Shown: positions 19,587 through 27,244 of the stretch, one piece after another
Numbering within the stretch: the stretch's first letter is position 1
Layout: each line of letters opens with the position of its first letter
Source of the DNA: a virus
Length of the DNA: 43,033 bases
Direction: 5' to 3' (one strand)
IMG/VR virus record: IMGVR_UViG_3300025291_000005
Location: 1 to 43,033 of that record
Program-made: the position numbers and the translations under genes
Notes under the pieces: generated by a model
The model's input: only the letters and a program-made list of their open reading frames with translations
Told to the model about the DNA's origin: nothing
The model's database searches: none

Positions 19587-19829
19587 TTACATCCAAAAAT
19601 CATCATAATAGACATCTTTATTTGTTAATTTCTTCAATGCTTTAATAATCTTTTGTGCATTTTTCATAGTTGGTGAAAATTTATCTCCTTGGCATACACG
19701 ACTGATCGTAGACTTGCTAACTCCACTTCTTTCTGCTAATTCTTGTTGAGTAATTTTGTTTTTCTCCAGAAAATTGGAGAGCTTTGACTTTCTCCCTTTA
19801 CCAGAAATAAGCCATCTCATCTTAATCAC
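19587..19829 (-). CDS. Small XRE-type HTH DNA-binding protein
   Basis: Carries ITQQELAERSGVSKSTISRV, an HTH motif. Confidence 0.7.
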   Translation of the reverse strand: MIKMRWLISGKGRKSKLSNFLEKNKITQQELAERSGVSKSTISRVCQGDKFSPTMKNAQKIIKALKKLTNKDVYYDDFWM

Positions 19830-19907
19830 TCCTGTTTTTAAGTTCTTAGTACAAGAGTGGTCAAAGATTTCATTTTTTAAACATCCCGAAAATAGGAATT
19901 CTAAACA

Positions 19908-20438
19908 TCATGAAAATCTTCTTTTCAATAAGGACAGCTTTTTTCCCGGTTCTTCGGCATAGAACTTCATATAGTCACACATCAAAATATTAATCAATTT
20001 ATCTGCTGTGTATCCATGTCTGGGGAATAAGTTAGCCATATCAGAGAAAAACACTTCAATCCTGCGCAAAGTCTTTCTATCAATCTTTACTGTTATTGTT
20101 CCGTATCGCTCATCATCTTCATTAGATTCTAATTCATGTTCTGTATAGTGTTTCTTACTTTCTAGAATCTGAAATAGCTGTTCCATACTATTCTTAGATC
20201 GTATATGCTCAAGAAAATCTTCTACAAGTATTTCAGCAAGATCACTAGCATCACATTCACAATTTTCTTCTTCCATATCCTCAATGATAATACTCATACG
20301 GAAAAGATAGATTTTTAACATCTTAACTTCAAACTTATATTTCTCTTTTAAACTCCATTCAATTTTTGCCTTCTCCCACCAGTTTTTAACGCTCATAAGT
20401 TGAATTTCTTTAGTCATGATGTCGTACTTGCTATACAT
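19908..20438 (-). CDS. Acidic hypothetical protein (176 aa)
   Basis: Track ORF lying 10 nt downstream of the RHH gene in the same operon. Confidence 0.55.
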   Translation of the reverse strand: MYSKYDIMTKEIQLMSVKNWWEKAKIEWSLKEKYKFEVKMLKIYLFRMSIIIEDMEEENCECDASDLAEILVEDFLEHIRSKNSMEQLFQILESKKHYTEHELESNEDDERYGTITVKIDRKTLRRIEVFFSDMANLFPRHGYTADKLINILMCDYMKFYAEEPGKKLSLLKRRFS

Positions 20439-20448
20439 ATATCACACC

Positions 20449-20829
20449 TCACATTGTTTTTAATGCAAAGCAAAGAATACGTGTTGCTGCTGCTCTTTGT
20501 GAAACTCCCCATTCAATCGCTAATTGGACAAGCTTAGAATGTGTTTCCTGCTCCAATTTCGCATGAATGTACTTTTTAGTGTCTTTATATTCGTATGCAT
20601 GTATTTCGCTTATATAATCGATTCTGAGGTGTTCTGTGATTAATTTAGACATGTATTGTGTAGTTGTAATTCCTTGTTGGAAGGCTGATGTTCTTATTAA
20701 TTGTCTTTGTATTTCGTTTACGGGGATTTTTACATCTTTTTTCTTATCAGAACGAATTTTACGAGGTTGTAAGTTTGTTATAGTAGTAGATTTTCTAGAA
20801 GGTTCGAACATAGGGTTAACATTTGTCAT
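20449..20829 (-). CDS. Tandem ribbon-helix-helix-like protein (126 aa)
   Basis: Two RHH-like units: VKIPVNEIQRQLIRTSAFQQGITTTQYMSKLI and IHAKLEQETHSKLVQLAIEWGVSQRAAATRIL. Confidence 0.5.
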   Translation of the reverse strand: MTNVNPMFEPSRKSTTITNLQPRKIRSDKKKDVKIPVNEIQRQLIRTSAFQQGITTTQYMSKLITEHLRIDYISEIHAYEYKDTKKYIHAKLEQETHSKLVQLAIEWGVSQRAAATRILCFALKTM

Positions 20830-20959
20830 GATGCTCCCCTCTTTCGAAAATTCACCTCCTCCCTCTCTTTTATCTCAGGGACACTTTTCCATAATTCCGT
20901 TATTCCACGAAAAAGCGATGAGAGAGAGGGAAAGGTAAATGTTTTTTCTAGATATTTTT

Positions 20960-21229
20960 TTAGTAACCGCCGTCTTTTGGGAAACTAGGTCTTTTCTTTT
21001 TAGGGACTTCTTGTTTGATTGGTGATTCTTTCATAACAATAGGCTCCTCTGTTATATTCGGCATATGAATACCAGCACTACCACCATTACTCGCAATATA
21101 ATAACGTATTGCATGTCGTACAGTTTCTGACTTTCTACTTCTTGGAATCTTTTTTAACCACTCATGAATATCTTTATCCAGCTGATCGTCATAACTTAGC
21201 TGATAAATTTTATTCGCCATCTTCTTCAC
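20960..21229 (-). CDS. ParR-like RHH centromere-binding adaptor
   Basis: 89 aa overlapping the 3' end of the ParM-like gene by 20 nt. It has an RSRKSETVRHAIRYYI RHH-like segment. Confidence 0.55.
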   Translation of the reverse strand: MKKMANKIYQLSYDDQLDKDIHEWLKKIPRSRKSETVRHAIRYYIASNGGSAGIHMPNITEEPIVMKESPIKQEVPKKKRPSFPKDGGY

Positions 21230-22220
21230 TCACTTTAAACATTCCATATTTGAAAAATCCTTCTGCGTTTGCTTGTTGTGGTTTCTCTGCTACCTTCACA
21301 CCACCAACTAAATCTTCAATAGCGCTTGCAAATAATTCTGCTCCGCCACCAGTAATGATAATTTCATCGAAACGGTCAAACGTTTTCCATGCGTTTTTAA
21401 TACCTTGTTTAATCTTTTCAGATACTTGGAATACAGCTTTCGGTTTAATTTCTTCAAAATCAATAATGTGACGTTCTGAAAGTTTATATTGCCCTGATTC
21501 AAAGAATGGTTCAACGTGGTAGTATTCCACTTTTGCATTAGAATTTTGAGAGTTGATGTAATCTGCTATTTCTTGATAAACATCTTTCATTCCAGCTTCA
21601 ACTGATTTAAACTCATTTTCACGACGTAGCCCAGTGATCGAGTCTAAATCTGTTGTTCCTGTTCCGATGTCAATTACTCCTACACGAATATCTTCGTAAC
21701 GCTCATCAGCTACAAATCCATCTGTATCTAAGTATTGGCCCATTACAGTTCCGATTGGTTGAGGTAAAATGATAACTTCCTCTACATTAACCTTTACTGT
21801 TTTCCCATCAACTTTTACTGTATGTAATCCCTCAAATACTGCTTTTAAATCATTTGCTGCTTCTGTTCCGATTTCATTACTAGGTACGCCTGTGATTACA
21901 ATTACTTCATCTGTCGGTTGTACTTTGCTTTTAAGAGCAAGATCAGCAAGAGCGATGCTTGTTAATACTTTGTATAAAGGTTCTTTGTATCTGTTTTGGA
22001 ATCCATAAGTTGCAAATACATCTTTTACTTTTGTGATGTCTTTCCCCCAAACATATTCGATACCTTCAATTTCATAAGTCTTTAATTTCGTCTTTTTACC
22101 TGTAATTGATTCTCCTACATCCTTTTTAAAAGCCACTAATGAAGGTAATACTCCAGATGCAACTTCACTTCTACCTTTAATGTTTCCGTTACCGTGGTCA
22201 ATTACTAATACTTTTTTCAT
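21210..22220 (-). CDS. parM: Actin-like plasmid segregation ATPase (ParM/StbA/Alp family)
   Basis: 336 aa from MKKVLVIDHGNGNIKG (phosphate 1). It also has DIGTGTTD (phosphate 2) and IIITGGGAELF (adenosine motif). The track start at 22286 is an unsupported extension. Confidence 0.85.
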   Translation of the reverse strand: MKKVLVIDHGNGNIKGRSEVASGVLPSLVAFKKDVGESITGKKTKLKTYEIEGIEYVWGKDITKVKDVFATYGFQNRYKEPLYKVLTSIALADLALKSKVQPTDEVIVITGVPSNEIGTEAANDLKAVFEGLHTVKVDGKTVKVNVEEVIILPQPIGTVMGQYLDTDGFVADERYEDIRVGVIDIGTGTTDLDSITGLRRENEFKSVEAGMKDVYQEIADYINSQNSNAKVEYYHVEPFFESGQYKLSERHIIDFEEIKPKAVFQVSEKIKQGIKNAWKTFDRFDEIIITGGGAELFASAIEDLVGGVKVAEKPQQANAEGFFKYGMFKVSEEDGE

Positions 22221-22274
22221 CAAATACACAACCTTTCTAGATTCATTGTATAAAACTTTATTATTTATAAATTG

Positions 22275-22302
22275 ATTATACAACAAGCGAACTGTTTTTC
22301 AA
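22275..22302 (-). promoter_or_regulatory. Sigma-A-type promoter for the parM operon (TTGAAA-16-TATAAT)
   Basis: The minus strand reads ttgaaaaacagttcgcttgttgtataat, about 50 nt upstream of the parM ATG. Confidence 0.55.
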
Positions 22303-22546
22303 TTAAAATATTAAAACTCTACACAATCATACTATTAAACTCTAGTTATTTTTATTCCTGATAATTTCACGAATCCATTTTCTTCGCAAAGGCTTCGCTA
22401 AATCAGTAATAATGCATATAGTGAGGCAGGGACGACGTAGGCTTGTCCTCCCTAAGATTCGTTAAAAATCCCTATAAACCGAAAAACATCTTTTTCACAA
22501 CAGATATGGTATGTGAAATTTCAATGTGGTTATCTTTCTAAATCGG

Positions 22547-23449
22547 TCATGATGCCAACCAATCATAGAAAGGTACTTTGCCTGTATATTTGTGTTCGGA
22601 TAAAGATTGTGCTATTAAACTACGATCAATTTTGTCTTCATGTAATTGCTTTTTCGCATTTTCTTTTATTCTACGAAGTTCCAAGTCTTCAATCTTATTC
22701 GCTAAAGCCGAAATTAAGTAATCCCTAAAGTTAGTAACCTTACCTTGGTTGTATTTATCCATTACTTTTCGTAAAACAGATTTAAAGCTTCGATCTGTTA
22801 ATTCATCTTTTGTAGCTTCACGAAGAGAGTTGATTATTAAATTTAATTCTTCCTCTGGTAGGGAAGGTGAAGAGAAGCTTCGCTTATCATCATCAATTTT
22901 CGCTATATCATTTATATATATATTGGTATTTTCTTTCTTGGTATTTTTTCTTTGGTTATTTATAATGTACTGACTTTCCGGATTCGGGATTTCCACATTC
23001 GGATTTTCAGTAAATGGTTTTTCGGAGCTCTCCGAACTTTCGGAAACCGTATCCTGGATTTCAGGAAGTGGTTCTCCGAACTCCACACGAAGTTGATATC
23101 CAAGTGAATATTGCTCTTGAATCGTTTCTTCTAATATTTCAGCCACATCTTCCTTTACTTGTCCGTAAATATAGATTTGTTCTTTATGCTTGCCCTTGTC
23201 CAAAACTTTCACACGAGCAACGTATCTATTATGTATTAACTCTGTAAGTGCATTGTAGTGTGCGTCACGTCCGTTTTTAGAACGGTTGATGATGTCAGGC
23301 ATAGTAATCTTCCAAGAACCTTCTCGGTGTGAACAGAATTGAATTAAAAGGTATTTCGCCATTCCTGTCAGTTTGCAATCGTCAAGTAAAGCGTTCTCTA
23401 CTACACTGTGTCCTCGTTTCCGAGCATGTTTGAAAATATCATTAGTCAT
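22547..23449 (-). CDS. Plasmid-type replication initiator (RepA_N-like winged-helix N-terminus)
   Basis: 300 aa. The N-terminus VVENALLDDCKLTGMAKYLLIQFCSH...NALTELIHNRYVARVKV follows the RepA_N pattern. The centre is low-complexity. Confidence 0.5.
   Translation of the reverse strand: MTNDIFKHARKRGHSVVENALLDDCKLTGMAKYLLIQFCSHREGSWKITMPDIINRSKNGRDAHYNALTELIHNRYVARVKVLDKGKHKEQIYIYGQVKEDVAEILEETIQEQYSLGYQLRVEFGEPLPEIQDTVSESSESSEKPFTENPNVEIPNPESQYIINNQRKNTKKENTNIYINDIAKIDDDKRSFSSPSLPEEELNLIINSLREATKDELTDRSFKSVLRKVMDKYNQGKVTNFRDYLISALANKIEDLELRRIKENAKKQLHEDKIDRSLIAQSLSEHKYTGKVPFYDWLAS
22976..23080. repeat. Cluster of TTCGGA/TCCGAA/TCCGGA hexamers inside the rep gene (iteron-like)
   Basis: At least 7 copies lie within 105 bp, including the near-palindrome ttcggagctctccgaactttcggaa. 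Confidence 0.4.
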
Positions 23450-23450
23450 A

Positions 23451-23509
23451 ACAAAAAATCCTCCATTTTCCTCCCCGGCTTAAAATTGGGTATAGGAAAG
23501 TAGAGGATT
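23451..23509 (-). terminator. Attenuator hairpin in the rep leader that also sequesters the rep RBS
   Basis: Minus-strand RNA has arms aauccucuacuuucc and ggaaaauggaggauu (15 bp, one mismatch and one wobble), then uuuugu and AUG. The GGAGGA RBS lies in the 3' arm. Confidence 0.5.
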
Positions 23510-23548
23510 TGTATTTACGTTTTTTTGAAGTTATGATACTATCAATAT

Positions 23549-23602
23549 AGATAGCAACAACTTAATAACGTAACTTACAAAACCTCTGCTTTCGGAGTTT
23601 TT
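23549..23602 (+). ncRNA. Predicted ~50-nt countertranscript antisense to the rep leader
   Basis: Plus-strand tttacg-17-tactat with an extended TG (23514-23542). The hairpin ctctg/cuuu/cggag is followed by uuuuu (23584-23602). Confidence 0.35.
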
Positions 23603-23746
23603 AGAATGGTGTCTTGGCGACCAACCTATCGACCATCTAAAAACTGAGCCGGGGGTTTTTTAATTTTATATAAAAGTAGTTGTTTAAAAATCTATGTATC
23701 TACCCTCAATCATAGCAGAAGATTGACGAAAAAAGAAGACAAAAAG

Positions 23747-23771
23747 AGAAGACACTCGAAATGAGTGTCTT
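23747..23771 (-). terminator. Terminator of the membrane-protein gene
   Basis: Perfect stem aagacactc/gagtgtctt overlapping the stop codon. The sequence downstream on the minus strand is T-rich. Confidence 0.65.
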
Positions 23772-24858
23772 ATTTTAATCCAAATTGCGCCTTATTTGTA
23801 AGCTTCCCACCTTGGAACATAAAGTTAGCATTTGCTCCTGATGTGCCTTGACCTTTCCACATATACATGACTGTGTAAAACTCTGTTCCTTTATCTCCAC
23901 TTTCAGATAAAACTTCCCCATCGCTACCAATGATTTCTTTTACTTGATCATATGTCATACCGTTTTCAATTCTGTCAAACTCATCTTTAGATATTGTTGG
24001 TTTCCCAGCGCTAGATCGTTTTTTGTTTTCTTCATCAGCTTTTTGTTTTTCTTCTTGAGCTTTTTTAACATTCGCAGCAACAATTTCATGTTCCTTTTCT
24101 ATGTAGTCAGGAACAGACATATTGTACTTCTGAGCCATTTTTTCAAAATGTTCCAATACATCCTTATCCTTTGAATCTTTAAGGTCAGTTGGTTCATAAG
24201 ACTGATATTTCACATTGTATTTGTTGTAAATCTCCATGTTTACATTACGACCATCATCCATTTTTAAAGCTGTTTCCTTTGGCTTTTCTTCTTTCTTAGG
24301 AGCTTTTTCAACTGATTTATTATCGTTTTGAGAAGTTTTTACATTAGTAGAAGCGGCTTTCTCTTCTTTCTTATCAAAAATCGCGCTAATTGTAGCAACA
24401 GCGATAAATAAATACACAGCGATTGCTACAACCATTTTCCATTTAGTATTAGATCGGAACCCAAGTATTTTATTGCGGAACTTTCTTTGAATTAGGTGTG
24501 TTTCAAGATTTGTGTTGTTTTTAATAAAACTCTCAATCTTTTTGCCGTCTTCTTTTGCTGTAAGTTCAAATGTTTTATTTATACCTTTGAATCTGAATAT
24601 AGATTTTATAGCAAAGTGATCAATTGTCACATTGTCATAGTCTGAAATTTGATGTGTAACTAAGCTAACAACATCATCAATACTTTTATCATAATCAAAA
24701 AGTTGAATGTGGTCTTTTGTGATAGTAGCATATCCTGATTTACTCTCTTCAAATCCAGCTCTGATGATGATAGGTGTATAATTTTGATATCTTCTAGCTA
24801 TCGCTTGTTTAGCAAGTTTATCATCACTAGGCTTTTTCTCGTTTTTATCTTCTGCCAT
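23770..24858 (-). CDS. Single-pass membrane protein: cytoplasmic PH-like domain, Lys/Glu-rich linker and extracellular DUF3862/BLIP-like domain
   Basis: 362 aa from MAEDKNEK after the RBS ggaggga. The TM segment is WKMVVAIAVYLFIAVATISAIF. The C-terminus is GMTYDQVKEIIGSDGEVLSESG...ANFMFQGGKLTNKAQFGL. Confidence 0.7.
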   Translation of the reverse strand: MAEDKNEKKPSDDKLAKQAIARRYQNYTPIIIRAGFEESKSGYATITKDHIQLFDYDKSIDDVVSLVTHQISDYDNVTIDHFAIKSIFRFKGINKTFELTAKEDGKKIESFIKNNTNLETHLIQRKFRNKILGFRSNTKWKMVVAIAVYLFIAVATISAIFDKKEEKAASTNVKTSQNDNKSVEKAPKKEEKPKETALKMDDGRNVNMEIYNKYNVKYQSYEPTDLKDSKDKDVLEHFEKMAQKYNMSVPDYIEKEHEIVAANVKKAQEEKQKADEENKKRSSAGKPTISKDEFDRIENGMTYDQVKEIIGSDGEVLSESGDKGTEFYTVMYMWKGQGTSGANANFMFQGGKLTNKAQFGLK

Positions 24859-25046
24859 TTTTAATTGTTCCCTCCAAAATGTAAGATTCTTAAACAAGCA
24901 TAACAAATTTAGTTACAACTATTTTGTCATATTGTGTCGAATAAATTAAAAAAAGAGAGCCTAAGCTCTCACTGTCAAATTTGGTAATATTATGTAAAAT
25001 TTTACCACTGGATATTGGAAAAGATTTCTTCTAAAATGAAATCAAA

Positions 25047-25391
25047 TCACAACAGATCATCGCATTCACTCAAAAATCTCACGTAATGATCGAGTTGTTT
25101 GCAAAAATTCTTTCTTTGGCTTTCAGATAACGCCGCATACGTTTTTTGAACACCGAAGATAGTATTATGTAGCATTTCATCATCAACAGCGTCATTTCGT
25201 CCAGTAAGCACGTCTAATGATACGCTGAAATATGAGGAGAGGCGAAATAAAGTTGCAAGGTCAGGTTCAGAAAAACCATTTTCATAATTGTTAATCTGGC
25301 TTCTGCTGAGATTTAGATCATGAGCTAAATCCGCTTGTCTTAATGAACGACTTTTTCTGAGTTTTTTTAAAGTTTCACCTAAAGTTTTCAT
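25047..25391 (-). CDS. XRE-family HTH regulator (114 aa)
   Basis: Starts MKTLGETLKKLRKSRSLRQADLAHDLNLSRSQINNYENG. The track start at 25448 is an unsupported extension. Confidence 0.75.
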   Translation of the reverse strand: MKTLGETLKKLRKSRSLRQADLAHDLNLSRSQINNYENGFSEPDLATLFRLSSYFSVSLDVLTGRNDAVDDEMLHNTIFGVQKTYAALSESQRKNFCKQLDHYVRFLSECDDLL

Positions 25392-25419
25392 ACTATTAGT
25401 ATAGTTATAGGGATATCGA

Positions 25420-25458
25420 TATACTATAAATGATAGATTTATTGTCATTTATAGTATA
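25420..25458. promoter_or_regulatory. Perfect 14-bp inverted repeat (tatactataaatga N11 tcatttatagtata); candidate operator
   Basis: Lies 29-67 nt upstream of the XRE gene start. A related TAGTATAG half-site occurs at 25397-25404. Confidence 0.5.
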
Positions 25459-25898
25459 GTGATTGATTATTAACCCTGATGAAAATAAAAATAAGAACTT
25501 ATGTTCTCTTTTTATCGAATTGGTGGTAAAATATTCATGTGAGGTCTTTCAATACGAAAATGCATGATTGCATATTTTAATCCGTGAAACATGAGAAACG
25601 TTGATATATATCGTTTCTCAAACTTTCTCAATATTTATCTGATAACTCTATGACCGAATATTGGGAAATTTGTGTTATTATGAAAGTAACTAAAAAACGG
25701 ACGCAAAGAAAAAGACCCACGGTGTAAGTAGTGTTGGTCGCACTCTTACACTGCCCCCTAATCAGCCTAGGGAACATTGTCGCGGATCTTGTACATACAT
25801 ATTATAACACAACTCAGAGTGAGAGTGACACGTTTTCCTTTATATGTAAAATTTTGGGGTGACGTGTCTTTTTTTGTCCAACAAGGAGGACAAATGTT

Positions 25899-27029
25899 GT
25901 GCAAAAATTATTGAACAGTCTCAAAGGGGATTTATGTTTAGCAGGAATCACGAATAGTAAGTTAGCGTTATCTTGGGGAATATCTCCAAGCGGTGTATCT
26001 GATGTATTCAAAGGTAAAAGACAAATGCGGTTTTCGTATCTTTCTACATCATTAGCTTTGTTGAAAAAAGGGATTAAAACAGAAAGCGAATTCATTTCGA
26101 AATACGCTGAAGTTGCAAAACCTAAAAACAGAAGAGAAATTATGGAATATCTATCTTTACGTGGAGATTTTAACTCACTGAAGAAGATTGTAGAACAAGA
26201 AAAAGAATCAAAAACAGGTACAAATAAAGAATGGGCTAATGTCTATGATCTGATTTACAAAAGATATACTCAGAAAGTGGAGCTTCTTGAGTTCTATAAC
26301 TTGATGCGAGAGAAAAATAAGAAGACAAACACTTTAGAAATGAAAGTCTTGATTGATTTATTATTATGTCAACTCTTATATCAGACTGGAAATCATGAAT
26401 TAATATCAAACAAAATGGATGAAATCCAGTCAAATATTAAACTTATATCTAATAAATTTATCGAAAAAACATTTGATTTACGTTTAAAAGAAGCTGAAGC
26501 TGTTCTTCACTTAAGAAGAGGTAACATAGAAGAAGCTCGTAACAAATGCAATGAGATGCTAAGTGCATGTCAACTTAATCCTTACTATTTGTTACCTCAA
26601 GCGATTGCTTATTTTAAATTAGGTGAGTCTTATATATTTGAAGACTACGAGAAGTCTAAGAAGTATTTGCTCAAAGCTTATGAATCATTAGATGGTTTGG
26701 ATTTTGTAGGTATTAAAGAAAAAAGAGAAATGTACCAATACACTCTTTCTTTTTTGAAAATATATCACGCAAAAGAAATGGATACTTTGACAGAAATTCA
26801 TAAAGCTGAGTTAGCATTTTTAAAAATTAGACAAGGGTTTAAAAAAGAAGCTAAAAAACTATTAATGGAATTAAAAGACGAAAACGGGAAGTTGAGCGCT
26901 ATACAAACAGTATATTTAGCAATGGCATGTGATAGTGAATCTTTAATGAAAGAAGCTCTTGAAAGCCTATTGCAAAAAGGTGACATATTTTACTCTCAAT
27001 TGGCTAAAAGATACTTGGGCTATTCTTGA
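25899..27029 (+). CDS. aimR: AimR-like arbitrium receptor (RRNPP family, HTH plus TPR-like body)
   Basis: 376 aa with a GTG start 8 nt after aaggagga. It has an N-terminal HTH-like segment and an all-helical body. Its size and segment order recall phi3T/SPbeta AimR. A signal-peptide ORF follows. Confidence 0.7.
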   Translation: MQKLLNSLKGDLCLAGITNSKLALSWGISPSGVSDVFKGKRQMRFSYLSTSLALLKKGIKTESEFISKYAEVAKPKNRREIMEYLSLRGDFNSLKKIVEQEKESKTGTNKEWANVYDLIYKRYTQKVELLEFYNLMREKNKKTNTLEMKVLIDLLLCQLLYQTGNHELISNKMDEIQSNIKLISNKFIEKTFDLRLKEAEAVLHLRRGNIEEARNKCNEMLSACQLNPYYLLPQAIAYFKLGESYIFEDYEKSKKYLLKAYESLDGLDFVGIKEKREMYQYTLSFLKIYHAKEMDTLTEIHKAELAFLKIRQGFKKEAKKLLMELKDENGKLSAIQTVYLAMACDSESLMKEALESLLQKGDIFYSQLAKRYLGYS

Positions 27030-27034
27030 AAAAA

Positions 27035-27043
27035 TGGTATAAT
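27035..27043 (+). promoter_or_regulatory. Extended -10 promoter element TGGTATAAT upstream of the peptide gene
   Basis: Perfect TGnTATAAT, 6 nt after the aimR stop. Confidence 0.45.
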
Positions 27044-27068
27044 TATCTTTAGAGAAGAGGTGAAATGA

Positions 27069-27209
27069 TTGAAGAAATTTTTAGCACTTTTACCTATTTT
27101 GTTAATGGCAGGAATGTTCACGTTCACCGCTGATAATCAAGAAGAATCTAATCAAGATGCACCAAAACCAGTAGTTCAACGAATGATGGTTGATCCAGGC
27201 GGCTGGTAA
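27069..27209 (+). CDS. aimP: AimP-like secreted pro-peptide (46 aa: MKKFLALLPILLMAGMFTFTADNQEESNQDAPKPVVQRMMVDPGGW)
   Basis: Not in the ORF track. It has a TTG start after the RBS agaggtga, an N-terminal signal peptide and a polar pro-region. It lies immediately downstream of the receptor gene. Confidence 0.65.
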   Translation: MKKFLALLPILLMAGMFTFTADNQEESNQDAPKPVVQRMMVDPGGW

Positions 27210-27216
27210 GATTTAA

Positions 27217-27225
27217 TGATATAAT
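27217..27225 (+). promoter_or_regulatory. Extended -10 element TGATATAAT downstream of aimP (a second TATAAT lies at 27232-27237)
   Basis: Perfect TGnTATAAT, 8 nt after the aimP stop. Confidence 0.4.
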
Positions 27226-27244
27226 AAAATATATAATAGATTTG

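Noticed and set aside
22420-22455. GC-rich segment gaggcagggacgacgtaggcttgtcctccc as a terminator for rep
   Set aside because: Only short, imperfect pairings (4-5 bp) can be drawn and no T-run follows on either strand.
25489-25515. Hairpin agaac/ttat/gttct plus T-run as a terminator
   Set aside because: The stem is only 5 bp and AU-rich, and no upstream transcription unit obviously needs it. It is mentioned only as a weak possibility.
25814-26095. 93-aa minus-strand ORF overlapping the aimR start
   Set aside because: It is antisense to the receptor gene's RBS and N-terminus, has no RBS and shows no recognisable features.
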